From the NCBI GenBank assembly GCA_049519355.1, contig JBEKQV010000003.1:83646-147645 (forward strand): DNA of 64,000 nucleotides, written 5' to 3'. Every line of letters begins with the position of its first letter. Position 1 is the stretch's first letter. The notes beneath the pieces were generated by a model that was not told the DNA's origin, did not search any database, and saw nothing but the letters and a program-made list of their open reading frames with translations. This document shows, piece by piece, positions 1 to 9,363 of the stretch. The stretch comes from Candidatus Microgenomates bacterium (lineage in GTDB: Bacteria > Patescibacteriota > Microgenomatia > UBA8517). Made by a program: the position numbers and the translations under genes.

Positions 1-180
1 GGTGGCGGTCATTGGTTAATGACAATTGGTATTGTCGCCTTAGTTTACGGGATAATGTCTTGGTTGGTCATGTCGTACATGTGGGCTCCTTACGTAGGTT
101 GGATTGTCGGAGGTATTGTTCTTATTATCATCGGCTGGATGAAAAAGGCGATGAAAAGGAACATGATGGAAAAAATGTAA
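1..180 (+). CDS. 3' end of a small membrane protein (partial)
   Basis: Frame 1 is open from the window edge: GGGHWLMTIGIVALVYGIMSWLV...GWIVGGIVLIIIGWMKKAMKRNMMEKM*, with two hydrophobic helices. Confidence 0.65.
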   Translation, partial: GGGHWLMTIGIVALVYGIMSWLVMSYMWAPYVGWIVGGIVLIIIGWMKKAMKRNMMEKM

Positions 181-186
181 CTTGAT

Positions 187-230
187 CTTCCCCGAAACGG
201 CTGGGGTAACTCCCCAACCGTTCAGGGAAG
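187..230. terminator. Long stem-loop between convergent genes, probable bidirectional terminator
   Basis: cttccc..aacgg.tgggg / cccca.accgtt..gggaag inverted repeat directly between two stop codons. Confidence 0.55.
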
Positions 231-1355
231 TTATTTCGCAGATTTCTTCTTTAACTCCGTTAAGTAAAACGCAGCAAAGAAAGTTGTAAGAGGAACGGCT
301 GCCACAAGTCCAATACTTCCCGATAAAGTTCTGACGGCTTCCTCAATAATCAGTCCGTCATTAAGTATCAGCCAGCTCGGAGAATGATTTACATTTAGAA
401 TTATCATCAAAAATATAGGAAGTCCCGAACCGGCGTATGCAAGAACCAGAGTGTTAACAAGAGACGAAATATGCTCTCTTCCGATTGAAAGGCCTGCAGC
501 AAAAAGTTGACGGAACTTTAGAGCCGGGTTTGCCTTAGCAAGCTCGAAAACTGACGCGGAAAGTCCGGTGGTCACATCATCAAGAACACCTAAAGCCCCT
601 ATTAATATTCCCCCAAGAAGAAGTCCTCTGAAATCGATATTACTGGTTGCTCCGAATCTCAAAGACGCCGCGTCTTCACTCCCCAATCCTGTAAGAAAAG
701 TAAGTTTTACAAAAAGAGTTGAGAGAATTCCTATTCCGACAAGAGTAATAAAGGTCGAAAGAACCGCAATGGAAATTTTCGTTGAAAATCCGTGAGCCAG
801 ATAAATAGTCGTAACCATTATGATGAGACAGCCAATAATGCTAATGGTTAACGGATTGTGCCCCGCCAAAATTTCGGGAACAATAAATTTAAGGATTACG
901 GCAAGGCTTATGACCATTCCGACGATTGATCCAACACCTTTCCATTGACTTAAGAGAATTATTATCAGAAAAAATAAAATGATAATAGGCCAAACGGAAT
1001 TCAATCTGTATTCATCGGTTATTTGATATGTCGCCTGATTTCCGGGTCCCAAAGTTTTGTCAATTACCACCGTGTCCCCGACATTTATCAACTGATCCTT
1101 CATCAGGTTCATATCCTTCCCGTATTCAATCGTCATCTCTTTTCCCGCCATGTCACCATTCAGAAATTTTACTTCAACCTCCTGAAAAGGATTCGTCCCA
1201 GCGTTTGTCACTAATTCGCCATTTGATAGTGCCACAACCGTTGCCCGGTAAAAAGTGTCAGGCGCCGGTACCGAACTTTGAGCCTTGGCTATCCGTGAAG
1301 ACAAAATTACCAATAAAGTAAAAATTACAACAACACTAAATATTTTCTTTAACAT
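231..1355 (-). CDS. YibE/F family membrane protein
   Basis: Motifs GALGVLDDVT, GREHISSLVNTLVLAYAG, GSIGLVAAVPLT; start placed at MLKKIF. Confidence 0.9.
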   Translation of the reverse strand: MLKKIFSVVVIFTLLVILSSRIAKAQSSVPAPDTFYRATVVALSNGELVTNAGTNPFQEVEVKFLNGDMAGKEMTIEYGKDMNLMKDQLINVGDTVVIDKTLGPGNQATYQITDEYRLNSVWPIIILFFLIIILLSQWKGVGSIVGMVISLAVILKFIVPEILAGHNPLTISIIGCLIIMVTTIYLAHGFSTKISIAVLSTFITLVGIGILSTLFVKLTFLTGLGSEDAASLRFGATSNIDFRGLLLGGILIGALGVLDDVTTGLSASVFELAKANPALKFRQLFAAGLSIGREHISSLVNTLVLAYAGSGLPIFLMIILNVNHSPSWLILNDGLIIEEAVRTLSGSIGLVAAVPLTTFFAAFYLTELKKKSAK

Positions 1356-1368
1356 TGCGGACAGATAA

Positions 1369-2355
1369 TTATACCAGCTGTTGGGGGGTGTTACCTCCAA
1401 TCATAGGAGGAATATTTGAATTCTTTTTACCTTTTCCTTTTTGAACAACAACTATTAAACCTATTACAACAATTCCCGAAACGATAAGAATAATGGCCAG
1501 ATTTTTAAAAGTTGAAGTTCCGGTTTCCTGGGTCGGAATAGGGGTTGGTGATCCCATTATGTCGGATGTTACATCAACCGGTGTGTCGGTTGGATTAACC
1601 AAATCCGAAGTGGTAGGCAAAACTTCAGGAGCAATCGTCGGTTCGGGGGTTGGGGCGGGAGTTGCCGGAAGCGGGGCCGCAACAACCGACATTTCATTGG
1701 AAAAGGCGCTTGCTCCACAGTTATTACTTGCGGCGACCACAAAATAATACTTCGTATCCCCCATTAAACTTCCGATTGTTGTCGAAGTTGTCCCCTGCCC
1801 GCCTACATTCGGATTCCCGTAAACATACTTTCCGGAAGTAATCCCATAAGAAACCAAATAATTACTTACAGGGTTTGCCGAATCGGTCCAACTCAAAGTT
1901 GCGGTGTGATCGGTAGTAGATGTAACCGAATTAAGTACGGGCGCGGCAGGAACATTTGAGCATCCCAGTGTCGCCGAATAAAAAGTTACAGTAAACCAAT
2001 CGGTAAAGGTTGCTGAATTTGTATTGTCCGTCAAGGTTACATTTGTAGTCCCCGCTGTTGTGGACGTTATAGTAAAAGTTGCATTACCGCTACCGTCGGT
2101 TGTTTGGGAATTATTAAAGACTGCCGTGCCGTCGTTTGAAGAGGAGAGACTGATTGAATCCGATGTAACGTTATTTCCGGAGGAATCTTCCAGATGAACA
2201 GAAATGGTACCTGTTGTGGTTCCGTCAGCAGGGAGCGAGCTAGAAGGAGCAGTGTAACTGGAATTCGATTGGCTGGGAGGGCCGCTGGCAAAAATTAATG
2301 TGGGGAGAGATAAAAAACCTAAAAAAACCAGGATTAGTGCCGCCAGTTTTTTCAT
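1369..2355 (-). CDS. Surface protein: signal peptide, Ig-like (Big_1/invasin) domain, FN3 domain, Pro/Thr linker, C-terminal TM anchor
   Basis: ADGTTT..TTDGSGNATFTITSTTAG (Big_1); LSWT...YLVSYG...YYFVVAASNNCG (FN3); PATPAPTPEPT; TM helix followed by a Lys-rich tail. Confidence 0.8.
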   Translation of the reverse strand: MKKLAALILVFLGFLSLPTLIFASGPPSQSNSSYTAPSSSLPADGTTTGTISVHLEDSSGNNVTSDSISLSSSNDGTAVFNNSQTTDGSGNATFTITSTTAGTTNVTLTDNTNSATFTDWFTVTFYSATLGCSNVPAAPVLNSVTSTTDHTATLSWTDSANPVSNYLVSYGITSGKYVYGNPNVGGQGTTSTTIGSLMGDTKYYFVVAASNNCGASAFSNEMSVVAAPLPATPAPTPEPTIAPEVLPTTSDLVNPTDTPVDVTSDIMGSPTPIPTQETGTSTFKNLAIILIVSGIVVIGLIVVVQKGKGKKNSNIPPMIGGNTPQQLV

Positions 2356-2378
2356 TTACACCATAGTACTTTTGATAG

Positions 2379-2393
2379 CTGAGAACTGACTGA
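2379..2393 (-). promoter_or_regulatory. Direct-repeat operator copy 1 (TCAG-N7-TCAG), 10 nt upstream of a TACTAT -10 box
   Basis: + strand ctgagaactgactga; same motif recurs at four other promoters in the island. Confidence 0.6.
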
Positions 2394-2402
2394 AAGTAGA
2401 TA

Positions 2403-3593
2403 CTATTTTGGGAAACCAGGGTTTATATAATTTTTAAGCTTGGAGATTTGCCACATAAGTACTGAATTTAAAGTCAGTATTAAAACAAAAATTAGGATTA
2501 GAGCGTTCCCTCCCAAAAAAATTCCTCCGATTAGGGCAACTATTGCCGCGCCCATAATGGTCACAACGTTATCCATTCCGATTCCGACCAACGCATCACC
2601 AATTCGTCCTTTAGGATTGGTGGTGTAGTCATGAATAACAAGAATCTCGCCGAGACACCCGACCACACCGGTTAACACTCCGGAAATGACAAAAGGAAGG
2701 CCCGTAATCACCGAAAAAGTTTCAACAGCTGTGACCATCGCCTCGGCTGCCAGAAGAATAGCCCCGCCAGATATTAAAAGATGCAGCCAGATGGTTACAC
2801 CGGATTTATGTTCGTAATACCTTTCTTCATTTTCAATTTCCGGTACGGGGCTTTTTTCTCTCTTGGTTTTTCTGAAACGAAAAATGATCACGATTGTTAA
2901 AACCAAAATCAAAAGCCCTATGGGCCTGACCAGCTGATATAAATCCCCAGTAATTCCGGCCGGAGGATTTGCAATCCTTCCAAAAATAACCATGCTAACC
3001 GCAACCACCATAGTCAAAAGTGTAAGTGCATTAATTACATCCATAGAGATATCAATTTCCTCCATCGCCGGCAGGTTTATGTGCTGACTCATTGGTTTAA
3101 CAGTTCCACCCTTTTTCAAAAAAGGAAAAATATTTATCGGATGGCCCAGTCTGTTGGCACTATTTTGCCGGAAAACGCACCAAATTGCGTAACCAATGTT
3201 ATAAATATTTGAGCCGAAAGTTGTCGCGGCGGCAATAATTGCAAAGTTTATCGCAGCAGCATAATCGGAATCCCGAAGCCTTAAGCTTATTACCGCGGCA
3301 ACAATTCCCAAAACCATGTCAGGAAAAGCAGTTCCAACCGATTGAAGCACACCGCCGGCAATTTTTGTCCGTTCACTTAAAACCTCTGTCGTCTCCTCGA
3401 TAATTCCCGCCGTCCCCTGAAGAACATAAAATGCTCCAAATCCGATAATAAGAATTATTCCCAGTATTTTCACCCAAAATGAGTTTCCGGAAGCTAAAAA
3501 ACCAACGACGTAAAACTGCAAAAAAGCTCCAACAACAAGCATGCTTAAAATGTATATGTACCTTCTTTGCTGAAATTTTTCAAACATAACCAA
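2403..3593 (-). CDS. Divergent CaCA (Na+/Ca2+ exchanger-like) membrane transporter
   Basis: About 10 TM helices; alpha-1-like GTAFPD...GSNIYN; second repeat degenerate (GCLGE...MDNV). Confidence 0.65.
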   Translation of the reverse strand: MVMFEKFQQRRYIYILSMLVVGAFLQFYVVGFLASGNSFWVKILGIILIIGFGAFYVLQGTAGIIEETTEVLSERTKIAGGVLQSVGTAFPDMVLGIVAAVISLRLRDSDYAAAINFAIIAAATTFGSNIYNIGYAIWCVFRQNSANRLGHPINIFPFLKKGGTVKPMSQHINLPAMEEIDISMDVINALTLLTMVVAVSMVIFGRIANPPAGITGDLYQLVRPIGLLILVLTIVIIFRFRKTKREKSPVPEIENEERYYEHKSGVTIWLHLLISGGAILLAAEAMVTAVETFSVITGLPFVISGVLTGVVGCLGEILVIHDYTTNPKGRIGDALVGIGMDNVVTIMGAAIVALIGGIFLGGNALILIFVLILTLNSVLMWQISKLKNYINPGFPK

Positions 3594-3594
3594 T

Positions 3595-4074
3595 TCAAAT
3601 ATAAATCAAAGTTCCCCAAATAAAAAGAATGACGGAAACGCTAAGCGGGGTTATTACCGGCCCAATCCAAGGAACCGGGATCAAAAAATAAATGTCTGTG
3701 TTGAAAACGCTTGTCGGCCAACCTGTAAGAAGTTTCAAGAAGACATAATAAAAAATATCCCAAAGGGCAAAGGCAATTAAAAAAGCACCGAATCTTTGTT
3801 TTAGTTTTTTGGCGGATAAATACGCCACGCTTCCAAGCATTAATATTGTTGTAACTTCCCTGATGATTTCCGCCCTGGCAATTTGCAAAGTTCCCAGAAT
3901 CGGAGTTTTAGTTGTGATAAAACTAATGAAATTGGAGCTAAAAAGAACTTGATAATTTCCAAGAGGATAATTTAGGTTGTAACCCAGAAGAAGCCTTAGA
4001 TAAAAGACAACCGCCGCCTCAACAAAACCAAAGGCAATCCCAAAGACAATCAAGGCAGTTAGATTTCTTTTCAC
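3595..4074 (-). CDS. Hypothetical 4-TM membrane protein
   Basis: EAAVVFYLR, EIIREVTTILML, WDIFYYVFL, FLIPVPWIGPV pattern; hydrophobic. Confidence 0.75.
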   Translation of the reverse strand: MKRNLTALIVFGIAFGFVEAAVVFYLRLLLGYNLNYPLGNYQVLFSSNFISFITTKTPILGTLQIARAEIIREVTTILMLGSVAYLSAKKLKQRFGAFLIAFALWDIFYYVFLKLLTGWPTSVFNTDIYFLIPVPWIGPVITPLSVSVILFIWGTLIYI

Positions 4075-4076
4075 TA

Positions 4077-4376
4077 TTACTTATTATACCTCTCGACCGT
4101 TAGAGTGCATTCGGTCAAAAGCGCCGCTATTGTCCCCACCGCCGCCAGCATGGGAGCAATTAGTGCTCCTACCACTCCTATGGTTAGAGGAAATGTGACA
4201 ATTTCTTTCCCCTTTTTATCGGAAATGGTAATTCTACGAATATTTCCTTCTTTAATCAGTTCCTTAACTTTTTTCAGAACCTCCTCACCTTTTAGTCTGA
4301 ATTCTTCCCTCCTTACGGCTCTTGCTTTTCTCCTCGCCGCCTTTGTTTTTCTTTTTGCCTCTTTTGCTTTCTTCAT
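4077..4376 (-). CDS. DUF4342 domain protein
   Basis: KVKELIKEGNIRRITI...PLTIGVVGALIAP.LAAVG.IAALLTECT. Confidence 0.85.
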   Translation of the reverse strand: MKKAKEAKRKTKAARRKARAVRREEFRLKGEEVLKKVKELIKEGNIRRITISDKKGKEIVTFPLTIGVVGALIAPMLAAVGTIAALLTECTLTVERYNK

Positions 4377-4436
4377 TAATATCAACCCCGATCCACCACA
4401 AATATACCACCAAAATTTAACGTTGCAACAGAAAAA

Positions 4437-4856
4437 TTAAGGTTTCGCCGCAGGAGATTTTCGGAATACCAGAAGAAGACCAAGAATAAAGACCGTAATC
4501 ATGTCGAGTTGGCAGGCGGTACAAACCGGACAAACAACATGAAGCTGGAATAGCTCGCGGAAAGCAATGTAAAGACAAAATGCCAAACCAAAAGTTGCCA
4601 TCCCCAAAACCAATTTTGGCATTTTCTTGAAAGCGGCAATCATAATCACAATGTAGCCGATAAAACCATATAAAGGCGTCGGAATCCCCAAAGTCTTAGA
4701 AACGGCGCCGCTTATGACTGCATTGCAGTTAACAGTTGAGTTAATATTGCAGGGAATAAATTTGGAAGGAAAAGCCTGTTCCCAAAGAAGGTAAGTTGCA
4801 AGAATAATTCCAATCCCCGCTAAAATTTTTACCCAATCAAAATATTTTTCTTTCAC
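4437..4856 (-). CDS. Vitamin K epoxide reductase (VKOR) family protein
   Basis: Loop Cys pair C-N-I-N-S-T-V-N-C, LGIP..LYG, active-site CPVC in TM4. Confidence 0.9.
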   Translation of the reverse strand: MKEKYFDWVKILAGIGIILATYLLWEQAFPSKFIPCNINSTVNCNAVISGAVSKTLGIPTPLYGFIGYIVIMIAAFKKMPKLVLGMATFGLAFCLYIAFRELFQLHVVCPVCTACQLDMITVFILGLLLVFRKSPAAKP

Positions 4857-4877
4857 CTTTTTAGTATAACAGATTTT

Positions 4878-6320
4878 TTAAGCAAATCCCGGAAAATAAT
4901 CGGTTTTGATTTGACTGTTCGCTACACTCAGTTGCCTAAGCGTATTCTTAAACCCGTCAACCATAGACTTTGGGCCCGATAGATAAAATATCCGGTTTTT
5001 ATAATCCGGAACTTCCTTAAAAATAAAATTCTCCTGAAAACGACCAACATTATAATAAGTTTTAATTCCAAGTTTATAATGAGCTTGATCAAAAACATCT
5101 TTATATACAAAATCCCCTTCTTTTGCGGAATACATCAGGACAATATCCCGCCTTTGGTTCGTATCGATTAAGTATTTGACCATGCTTCGAAATGGAGTAA
5201 CCCCTATTCCCCCCGCGATAAAAACCAATTTTTTGCCCATATCTTTCGGCATGGTAAAATCGCCGATGAGTTGTCCTGCGACAATTTTTTGCCCCGGAAC
5301 AAGATTCATTAACTTTCTTTTGAAAGAACTCGGAGGAGAGCCGACTTTAACCCCAATTCTTACTTCATCCTCGGTTGGACTGGAAGCCAACGATAAATAT
5401 CTTCTATTTCCCCTCGTATCAGGTTTTTCATGCTCAAGCGTCCATTCCATATATTGCCCCGGCGTAAAATTTACGTTATTGTCGGGAACAAAAACGAAAT
5501 CGATTAGGTCAGGTGCCAACCGGATTTTTTCTTTTAAAGTTAAAACCAATTTGTATTTCGGGCTTACGATATAAGAAAAGATATTGCCGATAATAAGGGC
5601 AATTTCTGGAGTTGTATAGATACTTCCGAAATGAACTTGCGGAGCAAACAAAAATCCGACAAGTGCACCGTACAAAATTCTTAAAGTTTTGGTTGGAGGT
5701 GTGGTTAAAGGTTCGGTTAACATTACGGCCGCGAAAAATATTAAGGGCGTATCACTAACCGATCTGATCCACCTTGCCGGTCCGATTAAAATTAATGCGA
5801 CAACTAAAAAACTCAAAACCATATCCCATCTTTTGATCTTCCTGACTATCAAAAATCCTCCTAGTATCACAACTGGAAGCATTGAGGATACTCCCACCCA
5901 CCAATCTGCACTTGCTCCAATTGCAAACGCAGTAATAGCAACGGAGATCGCAACCGGATTAAAGATGTGTTTTTTCCCGATTGCTAAAACAAATTTTGAA
6001 GTAACCATAAGTACAGCCGCCCAACCCAGAAAAATAACATCATGTATGGATTTTGGAGGCGCAATAATAAGGCCCAAAATTAGGGCAGAAATGATCCAGC
6101 TCTCAACATTTGCCTGAGCCTCATATACTTTGGCAAAAATTTTATTGGCCATCCCAGCAACAACGAGAAGAAAGGTAAATGAAAAAACATAACTTACGGG
6201 ATCGAAAGGAAGAACACCCGCGATGGAATAAATCAAGCCGACCACGCCCAACAAAATTAAAAAGTACAGAATCAATCTGTACATAGTGATGCTATTTAAA
6301 AAGTCGTCCAGGGCTTTCAT
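4878..6320 (-). CDS. RnfD/NqrB-like membrane domain fused to an FNR-type FAD/NAD(P)H oxidoreductase
   Basis: N-terminal KHIFNP and MLTEPLTTP in TM region; C-terminal PGQY, RRYLSLASSP, IAGGIGVTPF, SGP..MV, DYFPG. Confidence 0.85.
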   Translation of the reverse strand: MKALDDFLNSITMYRLILYFLILLGVVGLIYSIAGVLPFDPVSYVFSFTFLLVVAGMANKIFAKVYEAQANVESWIISALILGLIIAPPKSIHDVIFLGWAAVLMVTSKFVLAIGKKHIFNPVAISVAITAFAIGASADWWVGVSSMLPVVILGGFLIVRKIKRWDMVLSFLVVALILIGPARWIRSVSDTPLIFFAAVMLTEPLTTPPTKTLRILYGALVGFLFAPQVHFGSIYTTPEIALIIGNIFSYIVSPKYKLVLTLKEKIRLAPDLIDFVFVPDNNVNFTPGQYMEWTLEHEKPDTRGNRRYLSLASSPTEDEVRIGVKVGSPPSSFKRKLMNLVPGQKIVAGQLIGDFTMPKDMGKKLVFIAGGIGVTPFRSMVKYLIDTNQRRDIVLMYSAKEGDFVYKDVFDQAHYKLGIKTYYNVGRFQENFIFKEVPDYKNRIFYLSGPKSMVDGFKNTLRQLSVANSQIKTDYFPGFA

Positions 6321-7042
6321 TTCTTTACATATTTCTCAAAACCGCCAGTCATTGTCGCAATCCCCCGTGAGTCAATCATGTAACCTTCCAAACCTTCCCG
6401 CTTCTCAATAAATTCAATACCTTTTATCCCCATTGCAAACGCAGGAGTTGAAAACTTATCGGCTTCAAAAACGTCCGGACCAATTACCGTCAAACTGACA
6501 ATGTCCAAAATTATATTTTTCTTTCCGATAGGGTCATAGATATGCTGCCCCCTTTCATAAGTCCCGGATGTTGCAATTCCGCAATCGGAAAGTTCGAGAA
6601 CTTTAACAATCTCACTTACGTTAAATGGATTCCTAATTCCCCAAGTCCAATTTTTCCCGACGATTTCGGCGTCTCCCCCGGCATCAACATAAAACCGTTT
6701 GTATCCGAGTTTTTTTAATATTTCCGCTCCATTTTTAATTGCCCAGCCTTTTACAATACCTGAAGGATCAATTTTCCCGTCGAGTCTTCTAATATCAAAA
6801 TACCCGTTAGTCTCCTTTTTTAAATCCTCCGATAATCCCAAAATCATTTTCATCTCCGAAGAAACTTCTTCTCCTCTATTCAGTTTGGCAACCTGACTGG
6901 TTTCTTTATAAGGGCTATACTCTTCGTCCACGTAATTAAAATAATCGAAAACCTTTTGAAGATCTTTCTTGGTCTTTCGCAATTCATTCCCGGCAATTTT
7001 AACTATAACCGGCATCCCCATGATCAACCTTATTTGCTTCAT
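6317..7042 (-). CDS. apbE: FAD:protein FMN transferase (ApbE family)
   Basis: IMGM, DPSGIVKGWA, DAGGD, WGIRNP, IATSGTYERG.HIYDP, ADKFST. Confidence 0.92.
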   Translation of the reverse strand: MKQIRLIMGMPVIVKIAGNELRKTKKDLQKVFDYFNYVDEEYSPYKETSQVAKLNRGEEVSSEMKMILGLSEDLKKETNGYFDIRRLDGKIDPSGIVKGWAIKNGAEILKKLGYKRFYVDAGGDAEIVGKNWTWGIRNPFNVSEIVKVLELSDCGIATSGTYERGQHIYDPIGKKNIILDIVSLTVIGPDVFEADKFSTPAFAMGIKGIEFIEKREGLEGYMIDSRGIATMTGGFEKYVKK

Positions 7043-7048
7043 ATTTGT

Positions 7049-7546
7049 TTAGCTGGCCTGAGAGAGAGCACTTTGCAATGACTGAATAAACGCCCCGCTT
7101 GTTGCTGTGGCACCACTAACTCCGTCAACCTGTGCCGACTGGGCCTGAATTGCTTCCTGAATAAGATACGGCATTGCTTGTGAATTAATCATTCTTGATG
7201 TGCTTCGGTCACTTGGATACTGCAAAAAGGTCACGTCAGTAATATTGCCGCCGAAAATCGTAACCTGCACCTGAACATTTCCGTAAAACGCATCGGCAAT
7301 GCTCCCTACATAAGTTCCATTCTTGTATCTTCCTTGAGGTGTCGCGGCCGGAACGGGAGTTTGAAGCGGCGCCTGTCCCGGTGTCGGGCCAAGTGTCGCA
7401 ACAGGAGTATCTGTCGGCAACGGGGTTGGAATAACCGTATTTGGTTTTATAACAATCGACGAAGCGCTCTCGTTCTCCAAATTTGTGTGCAGGGCGTAGA
7501 CAACAAAAATTGTTATTACTAAAGCAGATAACAAAAGCTTTCTCAT
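7049..7546 (-). CDS. Membrane-anchored FMN-binding domain protein (flavinylation substrate)
   Basis: YKNGTYVG, YGNVQVQVTI, and flavinylation motif VDGVSGATATS. Confidence 0.92.
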   Translation of the reverse strand: MRKLLLSALVITIFVVYALHTNLENESASSIVIKPNTVIPTPLPTDTPVATLGPTPGQAPLQTPVPAATPQGRYKNGTYVGSIADAFYGNVQVQVTIFGGNITDVTFLQYPSDRSTSRMINSQAMPYLIQEAIQAQSAQVDGVSGATATSGAFIQSLQSALSQAS

Positions 7547-7568
7547 GTTTTAGATTAGCATGTAGTAA

Positions 7569-7583
7569 CTGAAAAGTAACTTA
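7569..7583 (-). promoter_or_regulatory. Direct-repeat operator copy 2 (TAAG-N7-TCAG)
   Basis: + strand ctgaaaagtaactta, upstream of the FMN-binding/apbE/oxidoreductase operon. Confidence 0.55.
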
Positions 7584-7624
7584 ATTTTAGAGGAGAAAAC
7601 TAAGGTCCCGAGATTACCGGGAGA

Positions 7625-8089
7625 TTATGGAGTTGCGCTCGGAGCGGGAGATCCTGCAGGTCTGGCAAACTGGGGATTGATTTGTACATTTGTTGCGGTA
7701 ACCGAACCATCCGAATTTGCAGTTCCCAAAACCATTACGTTCGAACCTGTTTTAAGATCGCTTTGAGAGGCTGAGGCAGTATTGGAATAAGTTGTGCTTC
7801 CTCCAAGAATAACTATCTTAGTTGAACCGTCGGCAAGCTTCACTGTCATTGAGTTTGTATCGATCGAAAGAATGCTTCCTGTAACTGCTCCCCCACCTGC
7901 ACGGGCTCCCGTACCGGAACGTGATCCCGTAAACCTCTGGAAAGTTCCGCTAGCTCCTCCTGCACCTGCAGCAAAACTACCGCGACTTTGACTAAGCCTG
8001 TAGTTTCTGTATTGATAGCCGCCGAAAAATCCGGCCCCAAGGCCTACCAAAACTAGAATTATCGGAACAATAACCTTCGTGTTTTTCAT
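7625..8089 (-). CDS. Membrane-anchored OB-fold protein (DUF5666-like), accessory to the MacAB-like system
   Basis: GFFGGYQY, Gly-rich linker, GSILSID..MTVKLADGSTKIV...DLKTG...NSDGSVTATNVQI. Confidence 0.7.
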   Translation of the reverse strand: MKNTKVIVPIILVLVGLGAGFFGGYQYRNYRLSQSRGSFAAGAGGASGTFQRFTGSRSGTGARAGGGAVTGSILSIDTNSMTVKLADGSTKIVILGGSTTYSNTASASQSDLKTGSNVMVLGTANSDGSVTATNVQINPQFARPAGSPAPSATP

Positions 8090-8116
8090 ACTCTCGTAGT
8101 ATATTATATTCCGTAC

Positions 8117-8131
8117 CTGAGGGAAAGCTTA
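8117..8131 (-). promoter_or_regulatory. Direct-repeat operator copy 3 (TAAG-N7-TCAG)
   Basis: + strand ctgagggaaagctta, just upstream of TATAAT on the minus strand. Confidence 0.55.
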
Positions 8132-8138
8132 AAAGCAA

Positions 8139-9362
8139 CTATTCATAACGTAGGGCTTCAATCGGCTGAAGGTCGGAGGCTTTCTTGGCAGGATACCAAC
8201 CAAAGAGAATTCCGATTCCGGCCGAAACCCCAATGGCAAGTGCCACCGAGCCCACTGAAATCGCAAACGGAATACTCACAAGTTTGGAAATAACTACAGA
8301 AATTAAAACTCCGACAATCATTCCAATTACTCCCCCGGCAAAGGTTAAAATAATTGCCTCAACCAAAAACTGGGTAATAATATCTTTTTTCTTGGCACCA
8401 AGCGCTTTTCTAAGTCCAATTTCGCGTGTTCTTTCGGTAACGGTAACAAGCATGATATTCATAATTCCTATTCCTCCGACAATCAGAGAAATTGCCGCAA
8501 TGCCGGAAAGTAGCGCCGTAAATGTTCCTGTTACTGAAGAAGCAGTAGAAAGAATATCGTTTTGGGAAAGAATGGTGAAATCGGCATTAGCAACCTGACT
8601 AATACCGTGTCTATCAAGAAGAAGATAACCAACTTGGTCTTCCACCGAATTCATTACACTTTCATTTTTTGCCTCAACCGCAACTGAGGTTAAACTGGTC
8701 GCACCAAAGATGTCGTTCATTGCTGTGGAAAGCGGAATATAGATAGTATCATCCTGGTTACCAAACCCTGTCCCGCCCTTACTGATCGTAATCCCAATAA
8801 TCTTGAAGGATTGGCCCTGAATTCTAATTGATTGTCCGAGAGGATCGACATTTACTCCAAATAAATCCGATACGACGGTTGGCCCGACTACCGCAACTTT
8901 TGATTGCCTGGCGTTATCGTTATCCGAAATGAACTGTCCTTCCGAAACACCGACTTTATGGACCGTTGCATAAACCGCCTGAACCCCGACAATTGAGGTA
9001 TTAGTGTTCTTACTGCCTGCAGTCACTTGTGCGCGCCTGGAGTACTCAGGTGAAACATTCACCACATCGGTAACCGTCGGAGAGCTAGCAATAGCCTGTG
9101 CGTCGGCAAGAGTCAAGGTGGTGGCACTCCCCGCTCCGCCCTGAATAAATCCGCCCCTTTGGCTTCCGGGGGAAATCGTCAAAAGATTGGCGCCCAGCGC
9201 CTGAATTTGGCTTGAAACTGCCGCTTGGGAACCCTGTCCCAACGCAACGAGGGCAATAACACTTCCGATTCCGATGACAATCCCGAGAATTGCCAGAAAA
9301 GTTCTCAGTTTATTTATCCTGAGGGTACTTAATGCCTCCAAAATTATTTCGTTAAAATTCAT
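8139..9362 (-). CDS. MacB/FtsX-type ABC transporter permease
   Basis: NKLRTFLAILGIVIG, GGIGIMNIMLVTVTERTREIGLRKALGA, PIEALRYE. Confidence 0.95.
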   Translation of the reverse strand: MNFNEIILEALSTLRINKLRTFLAILGIVIGIGSVIALVALGQGSQAAVSSQIQALGANLLTISPGSQRGGFIQGGAGSATTLTLADAQAIASSPTVTDVVNVSPEYSRRAQVTAGSKNTNTSIVGVQAVYATVHKVGVSEGQFISDNDNARQSKVAVVGPTVVSDLFGVNVDPLGQSIRIQGQSFKIIGITISKGGTGFGNQDDTIYIPLSTAMNDIFGATSLTSVAVEAKNESVMNSVEDQVGYLLLDRHGISQVANADFTILSQNDILSTASSVTGTFTALLSGIAAISLIVGGIGIMNIMLVTVTERTREIGLRKALGAKKKDIITQFLVEAIILTFAGGVIGMIVGVLISVVISKLVSIPFAISVGSVALAIGVSAGIGILFGWYPAKKASDLQPIEALRYE

Positions 9363-9363
9363 A

